A stretch of DNA of 55,014 nt from Verrucomicrobiota bacterium (GTDB lineage Bacteria > Verrucomicrobiota > Verrucomicrobiia > Verrucomicrobiales > DEV007), in the NCBI GenBank assembly GCA_045046875.1, contig JASFYY010000025.1, positions 1 to 55,014 on the forward strand, in the 5' to 3' direction. Positions 9,407 to 22,713 of the stretch are shown here, in pieces. The notes beneath the pieces were generated by a model. That model worked only from the letters and a program-made list of their open reading frames with translations, did no database searches and was not told the DNA's origin. Positions within the stretch are counted from its first letter, which is position 1, and each line of letters begins with the position of its first letter. The translations under genes and the position numbers were made by a program.

Positions 9407-10791
9407 GATTCACTGTGCTTGCGGATAGCCGTTACAATCGCATCGGCGCGTTGAGTGATGTCTTTTTCATCCGGCCCCTCGATCAACAAACGCAGCAAAA
9501 GCTCGGTGCCGGAATAACGCAGCAAGACGCGCCCGGATTTTCCCAGAGCGCTTTCCGTTTCGCTAATCAAAACCTGGGCTTCGACAAAAGTGCTGAGCGG
9601 GGGTTTGCTGGACATCACCAGATTGCGTTGCACCTGCGGGAAAGGTTGAAAGGCCTTGCGCAACTCGCTCAGTGGTTTGCCCGTCCTGCCGACAATAACC
9701 AACACCTGCACCGCCGCCACAATCCCGTCCCCGGTCGTCGAGGGCGGATGAAAAATAATATGCCCACTTTGCTCACCGCCCAAACTGTAGTCCCCAGCCC
9801 TCATCTGTGCGATCACCTGACGATCACCCACTCCCGTGCGCAGCACTTGACCGCCCGCCGCTTCAATTGCCACATCGAGCCCACCATTACTCATGGTGGT
9901 GGCGACGACCGTATCATCTTTCAACAAACCCCGCTGAATCATATCCAAACCAGCGATGGTCAACAACTCATCCCCATCCAAAGCGCTGGTATTTTCATCA
10001 CACAGGCACAGCCGGTCAGCATCGCCGTCATGAGAAATACCCAGATCCACCTGGTTTTCGCTCACCAGTTTTTCTATCACGCCCGGATGCGTACAACCAC
10101 AATGCAAATTGATATTTTCACCGCTAGGCTGATCAAAAAATGAAATCACCTGAGCTCCTAATTTTTTCAAAATAGCCGCACTGGTCTGATAAGACGCCCC
10201 ATTGGCGCAGTCGAGCGCAATCGACCTTCCCGCCAGCGGCAACTCATTGCCCTCTGCCGAAATGATGCCCGCACAAACATAGTCAACGTAGGCTTCCGCC
10301 GCATCCTCAATTTTTTCCACCGCAAGAACCGGATCAGCTTGTCCGCTTCTTCCCGCCTCGATCAGTTCACGCAGGCGCGACTCCACCGCCTTCTCAATCT
10401 GCTCGTCCAATTTGTAAGCATCCGCGGCAAAAAATTTGACCCCGTTGTCTTGATACGGATTGTGCGAGGCCGATATTACGATGCCAAAAGCCGCCTTTTT
10501 CTTTTTAGTCAAAAAAGCCACCGCTGGAGTTGGCACCACCCCGGCATTTAGAGCTTTCATTCCCCGAGAGTTCAGACCAGCGATGATACTGTCACGGATA
10601 CCATCACTCGAACTGCGCGTATCCTGGCCGATCACACAACAGGCCTCAGCTCCGGATTGATTCAAAACATCCGCCGCCGCCTGCCCCAGTAAAAACAAGC
10701 TCTCAGGATCGAGCGGGAACACCCCGGCCTCGCCGCGGATGCCATCCGTGCCAAATAACCTGGCACTCGTTTTGCTGATCGATTCACTCAT
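9403..10791 (-). CDS. glmM: Phosphoglucosamine mutase
   Basis: LFGTDGIRG, ISASHNP, DGDADR, GGEQSGH, RYSGTE. Confidence 0.95.
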   Translation of the reverse strand: MSESISKTSARLFGTDGIRGEAGVFPLDPESLFLLGQAAADVLNQSGAEACCVIGQDTRSSSDGIRDSIIAGLNSRGMKALNAGVVPTPAVAFLTKKKKAAFGIVISASHNPYQDNGVKFFAADAYKLDEQIEKAVESRLRELIEAGRSGQADPVLAVEKIEDAAEAYVDYVCAGIISAEGNELPLAGRSIALDCANGASYQTSAAILKKLGAQVISFFDQPSGENINLHCGCTHPGVIEKLVSENQVDLGISHDGDADRLCLCDENTSALDGDELLTIAGLDMIQRGLLKDDTVVATTMSNGGLDVAIEAAGGQVLRTGVGDRQVIAQMRAGDYSLGGEQSGHIIFHPPSTTGDGIVAAVQVLVIVGRTGKPLSELRKAFQPFPQVQRNLVMSSKPPLSTFVEAQVLISETESALGKSGRVLLRYSGTELLLRLLIEGPDEKDITQRADAIVTAIRKHSES

Positions 10792-10961
10792 GCGATGTGA
10801 TCACCCGTAGTGCGCGAACAGTCAACATTTTGCGTGCCTGGAATAGGAAAAAACGGCATTGTAGGTCGCTGGACGTGACCTTTCACCAGCCACCAAACGG
10901 CGATCGCCACCAGCAGTGAAGCCACCTTGGCTTTCCAATTATTCAGCAGCAGGGTTTTCAT
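10788..10961 (-). CDS. 57-aa membrane protein resembling the N-terminal helix of CdaR/YbbR
   Basis: NNWKAKVASLLVAIAVWWLV; sits between and overlaps cdaA and glmM. Confidence 0.65.
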   Translation of the reverse strand: MKTLLLNNWKAKVASLLVAIAVWWLVKGHVQRPTMPFFPIPGTQNVDCSRTTGDHIA

Positions 10962-11769
10962 CCTTTTCCTCCGGTTGCGGATCCGCAAAAAGCAGCTCCT
11001 TGAGACGCTCACTGAGCGCCTCGGGTTTCAAATTCTGTTCCAGCTTGCCCTCGACCGCCAATGAAATATGGCCGGTTTCTTCAGACACCACAATCGCAAT
11101 CGCATCCGATTCCTCGGAAATCCCCAAGCCCGCCCGATGCCTCAAACCAATACTGCGATCCTGCAGTTCACGTTGGTGCAGAGGAAAAACGCAGCCCGCT
11201 CCCATGATGCGTTCATCCCGCAGACGTATGATCATACCGCCATCATGCAGCGCGGTATTGGAGTGGAAAATCGTCTGTACCAACTCTTTGGATAACAGGG
11301 AATCCATTGCCACACCGGTTTCCAAATACGGCTTGAGCTCAATCGATTGCTCGAGCGCGATCAACGCCCCCACCCGCTTCTTCGACAGCAAACCCACCAT
11401 CTCACAAAGGTTTTCGATGAATTCCTGATCCCCCTCCGCGCTGAAACGAGAGAAAAGCCGGTTGCTGCCCAACTCCGCCAGCGCGCGTCGCAGTTCCGGC
11501 TGAAAAATAACCACCATTGCCACCACAATAAAGACCGACACACTTTTTAGAATCCAACCGATCACCACCAGCTTGAGCAGCTCAGACAACAAGGTCAAAG
11601 CAATCCATACCCCCACCAAACCAGTGAAAATCCGCGCACCGCGAGTCGCGTGAAAAAAGAGGTAAGCATAATACAGCATCACCCACAGAATCAAAATCGA
11701 CACCGCATCACGCCAATGTTCGACAGCGAACGTGGTGACATGATCTAGAACTGGGATGACGGCGAACAA
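10939..11769 (-). CDS. cdaA: Diadenylate cyclase CdaA (c-di-AMP synthase)
   Basis: Three TM helices, FQPELRRAL, LHDGG, GLRHRAG, VSEETG; upstream of glmM. Confidence 0.92.
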   Translation of the reverse strand: MFAVIPVLDHVTTFAVEHWRDAVSILILWVMLYYAYLFFHATRGARIFTGLVGVWIALTLLSELLKLVVIGWILKSVSVFIVVAMVVIFQPELRRALAELGSNRLFSRFSAEGDQEFIENLCEMVGLLSKKRVGALIALEQSIELKPYLETGVAMDSLLSKELVQTIFHSNTALHDGGMIIRLRDERIMGAGCVFPLHQRELQDRSIGLRHRAGLGISEESDAIAIVVSEETGHISLAVEGKLEQNLKPEALSERLKELLFADPQPEEKDENPAAE

Positions 11770-11975
11770 AAGGCTGATAAAATTCGAATTAACTCATAGT
11801 ATCACAGACTACTGCGCAGGTCTATCAAAGGACAACAAGAAAAGGACTGGAAAAAATTCGTGAAATATAGAATTTTATTTAAAACCAGAAATGTACTAAT
11901 CAGTTCCATAACGGGGCTTCCCTGCCAAATCCAAACGTTCTCTTTCCAAACAAAACAACAGCCTCTTTTCTTAAC

Positions 11976-12045
11976 ATCAGTGCTTATCAGTGTAATCAGT
12001 GGTTAACAAATATTTCAACCACCGATAACACTGATAGACACTGAT
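11976..12045. repeat. Inverted pair of ATCAGTG short tandem repeats
   Basis: ATCAGTGCTTATCAGTGTAATCAGTGGTT ... AACCACCGATAACACTGATAGACACTGAT. Confidence 0.8.
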
Positions 12046-12068
12046 ATTTAATTGTAAGCGAGATCTCA

Positions 12069-13031
12069 CTAGTCATCACAGGATAAGATCTCCAGTGCCT
12101 GATGCACCACCGCATCAGCTTGGATTTTTGATAAATCTCCACCGTCGGCCTCGATGGTGCGCACCGCTGGGTTTTGCGGTGCCCAGATCTTCGCTTCGGT
12201 CGGTCCGAAAAGTAATAATGCCGGCAAAGCACAAGCGGCGGCGAGATGGGAAATGCCGCTGTCATGACCTAGGAACAAATCGCATCGTTGGAGACTTGCA
12301 GCCACCTCCGGCAGCTTCGCGTGTGCAAGGTGCTGGTAATTCACCTGCGCCCGATCCAACATCGTCAGGCAATCACCAATGCTGCGTTCCTCGGCCTCTC
12401 CACTGATGATCAAAAATTCCGCAATCGGAAATTTCTCCTGCAATCCCGCAGCGACCTTCACCCATCCCTCCAATGACCAGTTTTTGCTCGCACTGCCACT
12501 GCCCGGATGCAAAGCGATACGGGGCCTGGCGGTTGAAGCACCCAACGATTGCAACGCCGGCTTGGTCATCTCAGGGTTATCAAGTGACAATTCGATGTAG
12601 GATTTTTCCAAAAACATCGCCAGGCTTTCCAGCGGTTTGGCTAACTGCAGCGCCGCACATTGTTCTTGTTTGCTCTCATCGATCACATGAGGGCCTTGAA
12701 TGAAATCGCCTCCCTTACAGCGCTCGATATTGGCACGAAAAAATCCTGCCGAATCGTAGAGATAAGAAATGATCACTGAAAAACTGCCAAAATAATCCAT
12801 CAGCTCGCTGTCCAATTTGCCATCGGGAACAAAAAAGCCCGCCATTGGTCCGTGTTCGATCGAACGGGTCGCCGCGACCAGCGATGAGGCTTTCGCGACA
12901 CTGGTGATCGAATCATAACCCAGCACTTCGATGCGAGCTTCAGGCAGCGTCTCCCGCACCAATTGGATCGCCGGCATCGTCAGGATGAAATCCCCAATCG
13001 CACCGCCACGGATAAACAAAATTTTGCCCAC
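12069..13031 (-). CDS. Glycosyltransferase family 9 (LPS heptosyltransferase-like)
   Basis: GAIGDFIL, HPGSG..KNW, GHDSGISHLAAA, LFGPT. Confidence 0.9.
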   Translation of the reverse strand: MGKILFIRGGAIGDFILTMPAIQLVRETLPEARIEVLGYDSITSVAKASSLVAATRSIEHGPMAGFFVPDGKLDSELMDYFGSFSVIISYLYDSAGFFRANIERCKGGDFIQGPHVIDESKQEQCAALQLAKPLESLAMFLEKSYIELSLDNPEMTKPALQSLGASTARPRIALHPGSGSASKNWSLEGWVKVAAGLQEKFPIAEFLIISGEAEERSIGDCLTMLDRAQVNYQHLAHAKLPEVAASLQRCDLFLGHDSGISHLAAACALPALLLFGPTEAKIWAPQNPAVRTIEADGGDLSKIQADAVVHQALEILSCDD

Positions 13032-13054
13032 CTGATCCCGTCCCGCTCAATGAA

Positions 13055-13627
13055 TTAATAAAACATCAGCGCACAGAGCAGCACCGCCACCCCGTAGGCC
13101 AAACCTGCTATCGCCGACATTTTCCAGCGCGACGGCTTGGCCACCACCCAGTCGATGCCATCACGCATCAAATACGGCATACCCACATAGAACATGCCCT
13201 TGATCACCCAGGTGTAAGCCAGAAAAACCAGTAACAGACGAGTCACCGGTGGCTGCAAAAAAGCCGCGTTGAGCACCGGACAAGCCAGTAGAATCACAAA
13301 CAAGCCAATCGCCCGAACCGCCAGAAGCTCGCGCACATAATAACCAAAACCCAGGAAGCCAAATACCATCACCATCTGCACGGTTTTTTCGATACTGTGG
13401 AACTCTCCCAGATCCATCTCCGACCACACCAGAAAACACCAGGCAAAGTCCACCGCCAGGATCCACATGCCCAGCTTTTCATTGCGCGGCAGGGCGCGCA
13501 GCCAGGCTCTCACCGACTCCCCTTTGAGCAAAGCCAACAAATGCACCGCGATCAGCAAAGCAGCAATAACAAGCCCCACCGTCTTCAAGGTGAGATCATA
13601 ATAAAGAGCGTCGTAAACAGCTTTCAA
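13055..13627 (-). CDS. Hypothetical multi-pass membrane protein
   Basis: 190-aa hydrophobic ORF co-oriented between miaB and the GT9 gene. Confidence 0.75.
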   Translation of the reverse strand: MKAVYDALYYDLTLKTVGLVIAALLIAVHLLALLKGESVRAWLRALPRNEKLGMWILAVDFAWCFLVWSEMDLGEFHSIEKTVQMVMVFGFLGFGYYVRELLAVRAIGLFVILLACPVLNAAFLQPPVTRLLLVFLAYTWVIKGMFYVGMPYLMRDGIDWVVAKPSRWKMSAIAGLAYGVAVLLCALMFY

Positions 13628-13718
13628 AATAGGTGTGGATTAAAAATCAAAGACCCCGCAAACGGGCTGCAGGCTCAATAAAAGAGGCCAAGCTTCGCTT
13701 ATCCAGCCGCAAAGTCAA

Positions 13719-15083
13719 TCAATCAGCCAGCACCGGGTCACCATAGAGCGTGTAACCGGTGCAATCGTCGATGCGCACGTCGAAGAGCTGACCAGTGAAA
13801 CGCTCGGGCTTGCCCTCGATGATGACGATTTTGTTCTGCCGGGTACGTCCGCTGAGAGTATCCGGATTGCGGCGACTGGGTCCCTCACAAAGAATCTCCA
13901 CCGTCTGACCGACCAGTGCGTTGTTCTTTTTCATCGCGATTTCATTCACCAGCGACAACAAATCCTGATTGCGCTCTTCTTTCACCCGCTCGGGCAGTTG
14001 CCCGTCCATCTCAGCCGCCGGCGTGTCTTTGCGTTTGGAATAACGAAAGACAAAAGCGTTGTCGAACTGCAGCTCCTCCACAGTGCGTTTGGTCTCCGCG
14101 TAATCCTCCTCCGTCTCGCCGGGAAAACCAACGATGATGTCCGTGGAAATCGCCAATTCGGGACGTGCCGCTTTCATTTTGTTGCAAATCTCAACAAATT
14201 TCTGATTCGAATAAGGCCGTTTCATCAATTTCAGAATACGATCCGATCCCGACTGCATCGGAAAGTGAATGTGATCGACCAGCTTCGGCAAATAAGTGAA
14301 GGCCTCAACCAAGTCATCACGGTAACCAATCGGATGCGGTGAAGTGAAACGAATGCGCTGCAAACCCTCGACCTCATGCACCGCCTCCAGCAGCTGCACA
14401 AAAGGGCTTTTGCCCGCAGCAATAGGGAACTCCTTACGTCCGTAAAGGTTCACAATCTGCCCCAGCAGCGTCACCTCTTTCACCCCCACATCGACCAGCC
14501 GCCGCACTTCCTCCACGATCTGCTCAATCGGGCGCGCCCGCTCCACCCCACGGGTCGATGGCACGATGCAAAATGAACACTTCATGTTGCAGCCCTGCAT
14601 GATGGAAACAAACTCGCTAACCTTGTTGTCCTCGTTGAGGTGGTCGCGAATCGTATTTTGCGAATCCGTCTCCTCCTCGGTATCGACAATCGAGATGCGC
14701 AGGTCATCCATCCTCGATTCTTCACGCTTTTGAATGATACTCTCCACATGATCCACCACCCGGTGGTATTTCTGCGTGCCCACCACCAAATCCAGATGCG
14801 GCACCGTCTTGATCAACTCCGGCCCGCGGCTCTGCGCCATGCAGCCCATGAACCCATAAACAATGTCCGCTTTTTTACGCTGCAAACGGCCCAAATGTCC
14901 CATCTTGCCCAGCGCCTTCTGCTCCGCCTGATCCCGCACACTGCAAGTATTGATCAAAATCACGTCCGCCTCCTTTTCCTCCGGCGTTATCGTGTAACCC
15001 CGCTGCGTGAACATCTGCGCCACCTGTTCGGAGTCGCGTTCGTTCATCTGGCACCCGTAGGTTTTAAGAAAGACTTTTGGCAT
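13719..15083 (-). CDS. miaB: tRNA-i6A37 methylthiotransferase MiaB
   Basis: TYGCQMNERDSE, NTCSVR, radical SAM CNMKCSFC, C-terminal TRAM domain. Confidence 0.96.
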   Translation of the reverse strand: MPKVFLKTYGCQMNERDSEQVAQMFTQRGYTITPEEKEADVILINTCSVRDQAEQKALGKMGHLGRLQRKKADIVYGFMGCMAQSRGPELIKTVPHLDLVVGTQKYHRVVDHVESIIQKREESRMDDLRISIVDTEEETDSQNTIRDHLNEDNKVSEFVSIMQGCNMKCSFCIVPSTRGVERARPIEQIVEEVRRLVDVGVKEVTLLGQIVNLYGRKEFPIAAGKSPFVQLLEAVHEVEGLQRIRFTSPHPIGYRDDLVEAFTYLPKLVDHIHFPMQSGSDRILKLMKRPYSNQKFVEICNKMKAARPELAISTDIIVGFPGETEEDYAETKRTVEELQFDNAFVFRYSKRKDTPAAEMDGQLPERVKEERNQDLLSLVNEIAMKKNNALVGQTVEILCEGPSRRNPDTLSGRTRQNKIVIIEGKPERFTGQLFDVRIDDCTGYTLYGDPVLAD

Positions 15084-15214
15084 GAGCTTTAAAATGGATG
15101 CCTAGGGTAGCGCAAATCTGAGGAAATGGCAGTGATTTTGAGCAGGAAATGAATAACAAATATGAAAATTTGTCCAACGGTTGATGCCTCATTCTAGGGT
15201 GAATAGTGAAAATC

Positions 15215-15239
15215 GTAGGATAGAACTCCGTTTCTGTCC
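15215..15239 (+). repeat. GTAG-type REP-like hairpin
   Basis: GTAGGATAGAACTCCGTTTCTGTCC: GTAG plus imperfect stem; related hairpin at 40032-40056 on the minus strand. Confidence 0.45.
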
Positions 15240-15315
15240 AAACTCGGAACCGCCATGCCAGGCATTGAGCTAATCTGCTACTAATCGCAGCAGGAATATC
15301 CGATTTATAACAACC

Positions 15316-15352
15316 TTACCCTAGTTTATAAAGATTTTGTAAACTAGGGTAA
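15316..15352. promoter_or_regulatory. 17-bp inverted repeat upstream of hsdM (possible operator or hairpin)
   Basis: TTACCCTAGTTTATAAA-GAT-TTTGTAAACTAGGGTAA, one mismatch. Confidence 0.5.
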
Positions 15353-15449
15353 ACTCCTTTCCTGGCAAAAGTCTGCTTTTCACCCCAGCTGACCCTCTCT
15401 ATTCTTTCCACCTATAACTGATCGCGTAGGCGATACACATTATTTTTTT

Positions 15450-17032
15450 ATGAACTGGACCGAACCTGCCGATACCGATGATACCTCCGCTGAACTTGAG
15501 CGCCGCCTTTGGGCGACCGCGAATACACTGTGGGCCGATGCCGATCTGAAACCTTCCGAGTATTCCCCCATGGTGCTGGGCATCATTTTTCTGCGCTATG
15601 CGGATGTGAAATTTTCCGCCGTCGAGGAGGAGATGAAGCCTGCCGCCGGATCTCGTCGAAGACGTAAAGTGAGACCTACGGATTACCATGCGAAGGGCGT
15701 GCTCTATGTGCCGGAAAAGGCGCGCTTCCAGAGTATCCTTGAGCTACCCGAGGGCGCTTCCATTGGTGAAGCCGTCAATGAGGCGATGCGTGCCATCGAG
15801 GCAGACAACCCGGACCTCGCCGATGTACTGCCGAAGGGATACCACATTCTCGACAACCGCACACTGAGTTCCGTGCTCAAGGACATTGCGAGTATCCCGA
15901 TGGATCAAGGCGGGGATGTCTTTGGGAAAATCTACGAATACTTCCTCGGTAAGTTCGCCTCCAGTGAAGGGCAAAAGGGCGGTGAGTATTTCACCCCGAC
16001 CTCAATGGTGAAGGTGATCGTCGAGATCTTGGGACCTTACCATGGGCGTATCCTCGATCCTGCCTGTGGCTCGGGTGGTATGTTTGTTCAGTCTGCCCGG
16101 TTTGTGCAGGAGCACAAAAAGAACCCGACGTCGGAAATCTCCGTTTATGGTCAGGAGAAAACCAGCACCACTGCCAAGCTCGCCCGACTCAACCTCACCG
16201 TGCACGGACTCTCCGGCGATATCAAACAGGCTAACACCTTTTATGAAGATCTTCACGACTGCCCGGGCCGCTTCGACTTCGTGATGGCTAATCCTCCCTT
16301 TAACGTCAGCAAGGTGGATAAGGAACGGATCGGTGACGACCCACGTTACCCATTCGGGCTACCACGCACGGACAATGCAAACTACCTCTGGATTCAGCAG
16401 TTTTACTCGTCCTTGAATGAAAAGGGACGTGCCGGATTTGTTATGGCAAACTCCGCTGCCGATGCCCGGTCGTCCGAGCAAGACATCCGCCAGCAAATTA
16501 TCGAGAGCGGCGCGGTGGATGTGATGGTCGCCTGCGGTTCCAACTTTTTCTACACCGTCACCCTACCCGCCACGCTGTGGTTTTTTGATAAAGGGAAACT
16601 CGGCACCGACCGCGAGGACAGCGTGCTCTTCATTGATGCTCGCCATATCTTCCGTCAGATCGACCGCGCCCACCGCGACTTCACCCCGGCGCAGATCGAG
16701 TTCATCGCGAACATCGTCCGGCTCTACCGTGGCGAGGCACCCGAACTCCTGCGCGGCTCTGAGGAGAAGCTCAAGGAGGTCTTTGGTGAGGAAATGAGCT
16801 ACACCGACATTGCCGGCCTCTGTAAGAGCACCACTCGTGCCGAGATCGAAGAGCAAGGATGGTCACTCAACCCGGGGCGCTACGTCGGCGTCGCCAAGGG
16901 TGAGGAAATCAGCGATGAGGACTTCAAGGAAAAGCTGGTAGCCCTCAACGAAGAACTCGAAGTGCTCAATATAGAAGCCCGGGAACTGGAGGATACGATC
17001 GCAACTAACGTAAGGGAGATTTTGGAGGTATT

Positions 17033-17036
<4 letters not shown>
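15450..17036 (+). CDS. hsdM: Type I RM N6-adenine methyltransferase subunit
   Basis: [28 protein letters not shown]. Confidence 0.96.
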
Positions 17037-18260
<1,224 letters not shown>

Positions 18261-18268
<8 letters not shown>

Positions 18269-21200
18269 GCACCCCTTCATTGAACTCACTCGGTGTTTCA
18301 GCAAACTCGATCCACAAGACATTGAGTCCGATATTGAGAATGCTGGGGAGATCTTGTATAGTTATGGGCGTAGCAATGCTCCCACATGGATCGATCTAGA
18401 GCAAAGGTATCGCACGATTATCCTAGCCGAGGGTGGAGCTGGAAAAACAAGGGAAATGCAAGAGATGCAGAAAGCCTTAACAAAAGAAGGGAAACATGCC
18501 TACTTCCTCCCGCTGGAAGCACTTGCTGAAGATAGCGTCGAAGATTTACTCAGGCTGGAAAACCTGTATCAGGATTTTCAACACTGGCGAGACGACTTAC
18601 AGGAACCTGCATGGCTGTTTCTCGATGCTGTCGATGAACTAAAGTTGAAAGATGGGAAATTCAAAAAAGCTCTCCAAGAGCTAAGGCTAGCTCTCGGGAA
18701 TTCCGAAGCAAGGGCTCATATTTTCGTTTCCTGTAGACCCAGCGACTGGAAGGAGATCGACATTCACAACTTTCAAATAACCCTTCCATCTCCACAGTTA
18801 TCTGTGAACTCCGCCCGAAATGGAGGGAAGGAAAAGCTGACTCCTATATTTCAATCTGCTGAAGATTATTTTCTGGCGCCTCTTATGAAAAACTCCGACC
18901 AGGGATTCCAAGCCGATGAGGACTCTGTAGCCGCCGACATGAATACAGCTACAGCTGAAGAGTTAGAAATTTACCGGCTAGATGACCTCGACAACGAACA
19001 AATCAGAGTGTTTGTGCGTGAATTTGCCGAGGATCAAGCTTCGTCCCTCTTGGCGGAATTAAAGAGCAAAGACCGTTGGAGTTTTGCACGCAGACCTCAA
19101 AACTTGATCGAAGTCATTTCTTTATGGAGAGATCAGGGAACTCTAGGAACCTACACCGAGCAGCACGAGGCGTTCCTACGGGTATCGCTAAGAGAACGAG
19201 AAAACAGGCCCGGTGAATCAAATCAGATCTCTCCTGACCAAGCTCGATTAACAGCCGGGCGCATAGCCTTCGCCCTGGCCATGTCTAAAAAACGGACTAT
19301 CTGCTCACCTAGCCCCAACAGTAATTCTGTCACTAACCTAGATTCACTTGAGCTTCTACAGGAGTGTGATAACCCATACATTGAATCATTGATGCGCCTC
19401 AGGATTTTTGATCCTGCTACCTACAACCGCATCAAGTTTCACCGCAGAGATGTCGAAGAATACTTAGCTGCCAACCATATCCGGCACCTCTTCGACAAAG
19501 GTATCGGTAGCAAAAAAGCCCTGATCGATTTACTCTTCACAGAAACTTCAAATGGTCAGCGAATCCTCATTCCCTCTAGGAAACAACTCGCAGTCTGGCT
19601 AGCGCAGTGGAACGAGACAGTCAGAAACCAACTCATCGCCGTAGATCCAGTTCTGCTTATATCGGACGCAGACTCTGAACAGCTAGTCATTGAAGACAAA
19701 ATTCGAGTTCTTAAGGCAATCGCTAAACTGCCAGAAGCTAGACTACGGGGATCTCTTCCCTATGATCCCGCCACTTTACGTAGATTCGGATCGTCAGAGC
19801 TTGCGGAAACGATCAATGCACTGTGGGCGACGGCTCAGACATCTGGCGAGCTCAGTGAATTCTTCCTCAGTTTAGTCAAAGAAGCTGAAATCCCGGAATG
19901 CGAGGGACTTTTGTATGAAGCAGCAGTTTCCGAATCACTCCGCCCACTTCTTCGGGTTACAGCCATCCGCGCACTCCTCGTCACGAATGCGCATACTAAA
20001 ATCTGCGAGATCCGAGATTCAATTATGGACACTCCAGAGGACTGGCCGAGGAAAACTGTCCGCACTGTTGTAGCAGATTTATTTCCGAGGTATCTGGATG
20101 TAGAGCAGCTTGCGAGCCTAGTTTCCAAGCTGGGAGAATCAAAGGGCGATTACAGCTTCAATTTTGGCCACTCTCTGAATACGATTGTCGAAAAGCTAGA
20201 TCCTACATCCTCCCACGCACACGCACTCCGAGATGAACTTGCCAAGTTGATTCTCTGCAATCAGTCTCCAGGCTCCGCGTATTATCACCCACAGAGCGAC
20301 ACGGGTTGGCTCTCAGTCATTTTAGCCGAATTATGCCATAGACAAGCCACACACATACACGCAGAGAAAAAGGTGCCATTCTTACACAGCTGCATCGTCG
20401 CCAGCCATTTCCGGGATCACAACTACCAAGAACAGACGGTCGTCAAAACTCTGAAGGAGCTTATGCACATCTCTTCATTCACCCATGAGGAGGTATACCT
20501 CGCAGAATTTGACTTTGTCGTGGAAAACTTCGGCGAGAAGAACGGCAGTTTAAGAGTGCGCCCACAATACAGCTTGATTGATACTCTCACAGACATGGAC
20601 AAAGAATGGCTAGAGGTTATCACACGCGACACTCCAAACATCAACCTTGCATCCATGTCCTTCCGAGAGCTTCTAGCATTATGGAACCACCGCGGAAGAT
20701 TAGAGGTGGAAGTTGATCAACTTCGAGCTTTGACCGACGGCAAGGAACATCTGGGAAATAAGCTCAACGCCTGGCTAAAGCCGCAGGAACCCCACCCAGA
20801 TGAAGAAGAATGGGAAAAGTGCAAGGAGAAGCAAAAGCTACAGGAGCAACAACGAATCGAAGGGTGGAAGTCATGGCGAGACGCGCTCATTAGGGATCCT
20901 GAAACAGAGTTCACAAAAGCGAATGCAGAACGAAACATCAGCAACTTGTTCCATTGGTTGTGGGAAAGTGAAAAAAGTAGCGGCAGCTATCAGGCATGGA
21001 ATGCTAAAGCCCTAAAAGCCGCCTTTGGGCCTAAGGTTTACGAACACGCAAGAGAACTGTTCAGCGCATATTGGCGAAGTGCGGACGTCAAAAAGTATAG
21101 CGAACGCACGGACGACCACAATAAAACGCCATACAGTTGGATTTTTGCTCTTAATGGCGTTTTAGCCGAGGCTGAGATTCCAGATTGGCCAAATAGGCTC

Positions 21201-22703
21201 ACCCGAGAAGACGTGAAGCAAGCTACCCGTCTAGCCCAAGTCGAAATCAATGGGCTGGCCACCTATCTCGATAAACTTGCATCTCATCACCCGGAGGCAG
21301 TCGCCGAGGAACTTTCCGATGAACTGGCCGCCCAGCTAAAAATGGCAAGCAAGCAGAAGCACCTCCCACTTTTACAGGATCTGACGCACGCGAGCACACA
21401 AATCAAAAAGCTCGTGATACCAACTCTGCTGGATTATGTCTCTAACTGGAGAGACATTCAAGAAATTGAGAACTCAGAGGAAGCTGCTACACAGCATCAC
21501 GTCTCCGAGATTCTTCGCATCCTCCTAGATTTGCCTGCTGAATTCGACGCCCATAGTCTTGAAGCCTCAACCGCTGCCAACTTTACTAGTTCCCCCGCAT
21601 CAGCTACTTCCGTAGAGTGGCTGCGGTACCTAATGACCCTAAACGCAGAAAGGGCCACTTCAGCTATAGAGGTAGCTCTGCAAGGTTTTGATATTCCCCT
21701 CAGAAAAGACTCTGTGGTTAGATGGTTCGGAACACTCTTTGACCAATTCCATGGTTCCTCTCCCATCCCTACCGACCCTCACATCTTAGCAAGATTGGCT
21801 AAAATCGCATACAGTAACATCCTCGAATCCGAAGACCAAAAACACCCAAGTGGCGTGGTCTACTCACCCAACCCGCGTGACGGTGCGCAAGGTGCTCGCT
21901 CAGCGCTCCTCAACACACTGATCAGCCTCCAACATCCAGATGTGCCTAGCATACTCGAAGGAATGGCAGAAGACCCGGTCTTCGAATCTGCTAAGCAGTT
22001 TATCCAAAACCGAGCACATGTCATCACGATCAATAGCTTAGAACCAGCACCATGGTCGACCCAAGAAATACAGAGCTTTGAGTCCAAACTCGAACGTTTT
22101 CCAGTAGACAGGGAATCACTTGACATACTGATCCAAAATCGACTTGATGACCTTCAGCACGACATCACTCACCATGACTTTTTCCCTAGAAAAACCGTTC
22201 GGGAAATAATTCAAGAAGACGAAATGCAACGCATGTTGGCCCTACTATTAGAAAAAGACAGCAACGGCCTTTACGGTATAGCACGTGAGGATGAAGCCGC
22301 TGACGGCAAAAAAACAGACATCAGAATCACCACTCCAGGCCATGACCTTAAAGCCGTCATTGAGATCAAACTGGCAGACAAGCGATATACGGTCGCTGAT
22401 CTTGAAACAGCCATAGAGAACCAACTGCAGCAACAGTATTTACGACATGAACACTGTAAGGTGGGTGTTTTCCTGATTACCAATCACGGAGGTCATAAAC
22501 ACCGCAAACGGGATAACTCCAATCGAGACCTAGAAAGGAAATATTGGCAACATCCTACCACCCGCCAGCGGATAAACTGGGAGGACCTACTTTCACACCT
22601 TCAAGAAAAAGCAGACGAGCTGCTAACGGTCGACGGGAGTGAAACCTACCTTTCTGTGGTGGGCCTGGATCTACGAGCCCCCGAACTGCGCCCAGCACAC
22701 TAA
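18261..22703 (+). CDS. NACHT/STAND-type NTPase with long helical region and C-terminal PD-(D/E)XK nuclease-like domain
   Basis: Walker A AEGGAGKT, Walker B LFLDAVDE, VSCRP, FHRRDVEEYLAA; C-terminal E...REDE...KTDI...IEIK. Confidence 0.75.
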
Positions 22704-22713
22704 TAAAAAGCAC

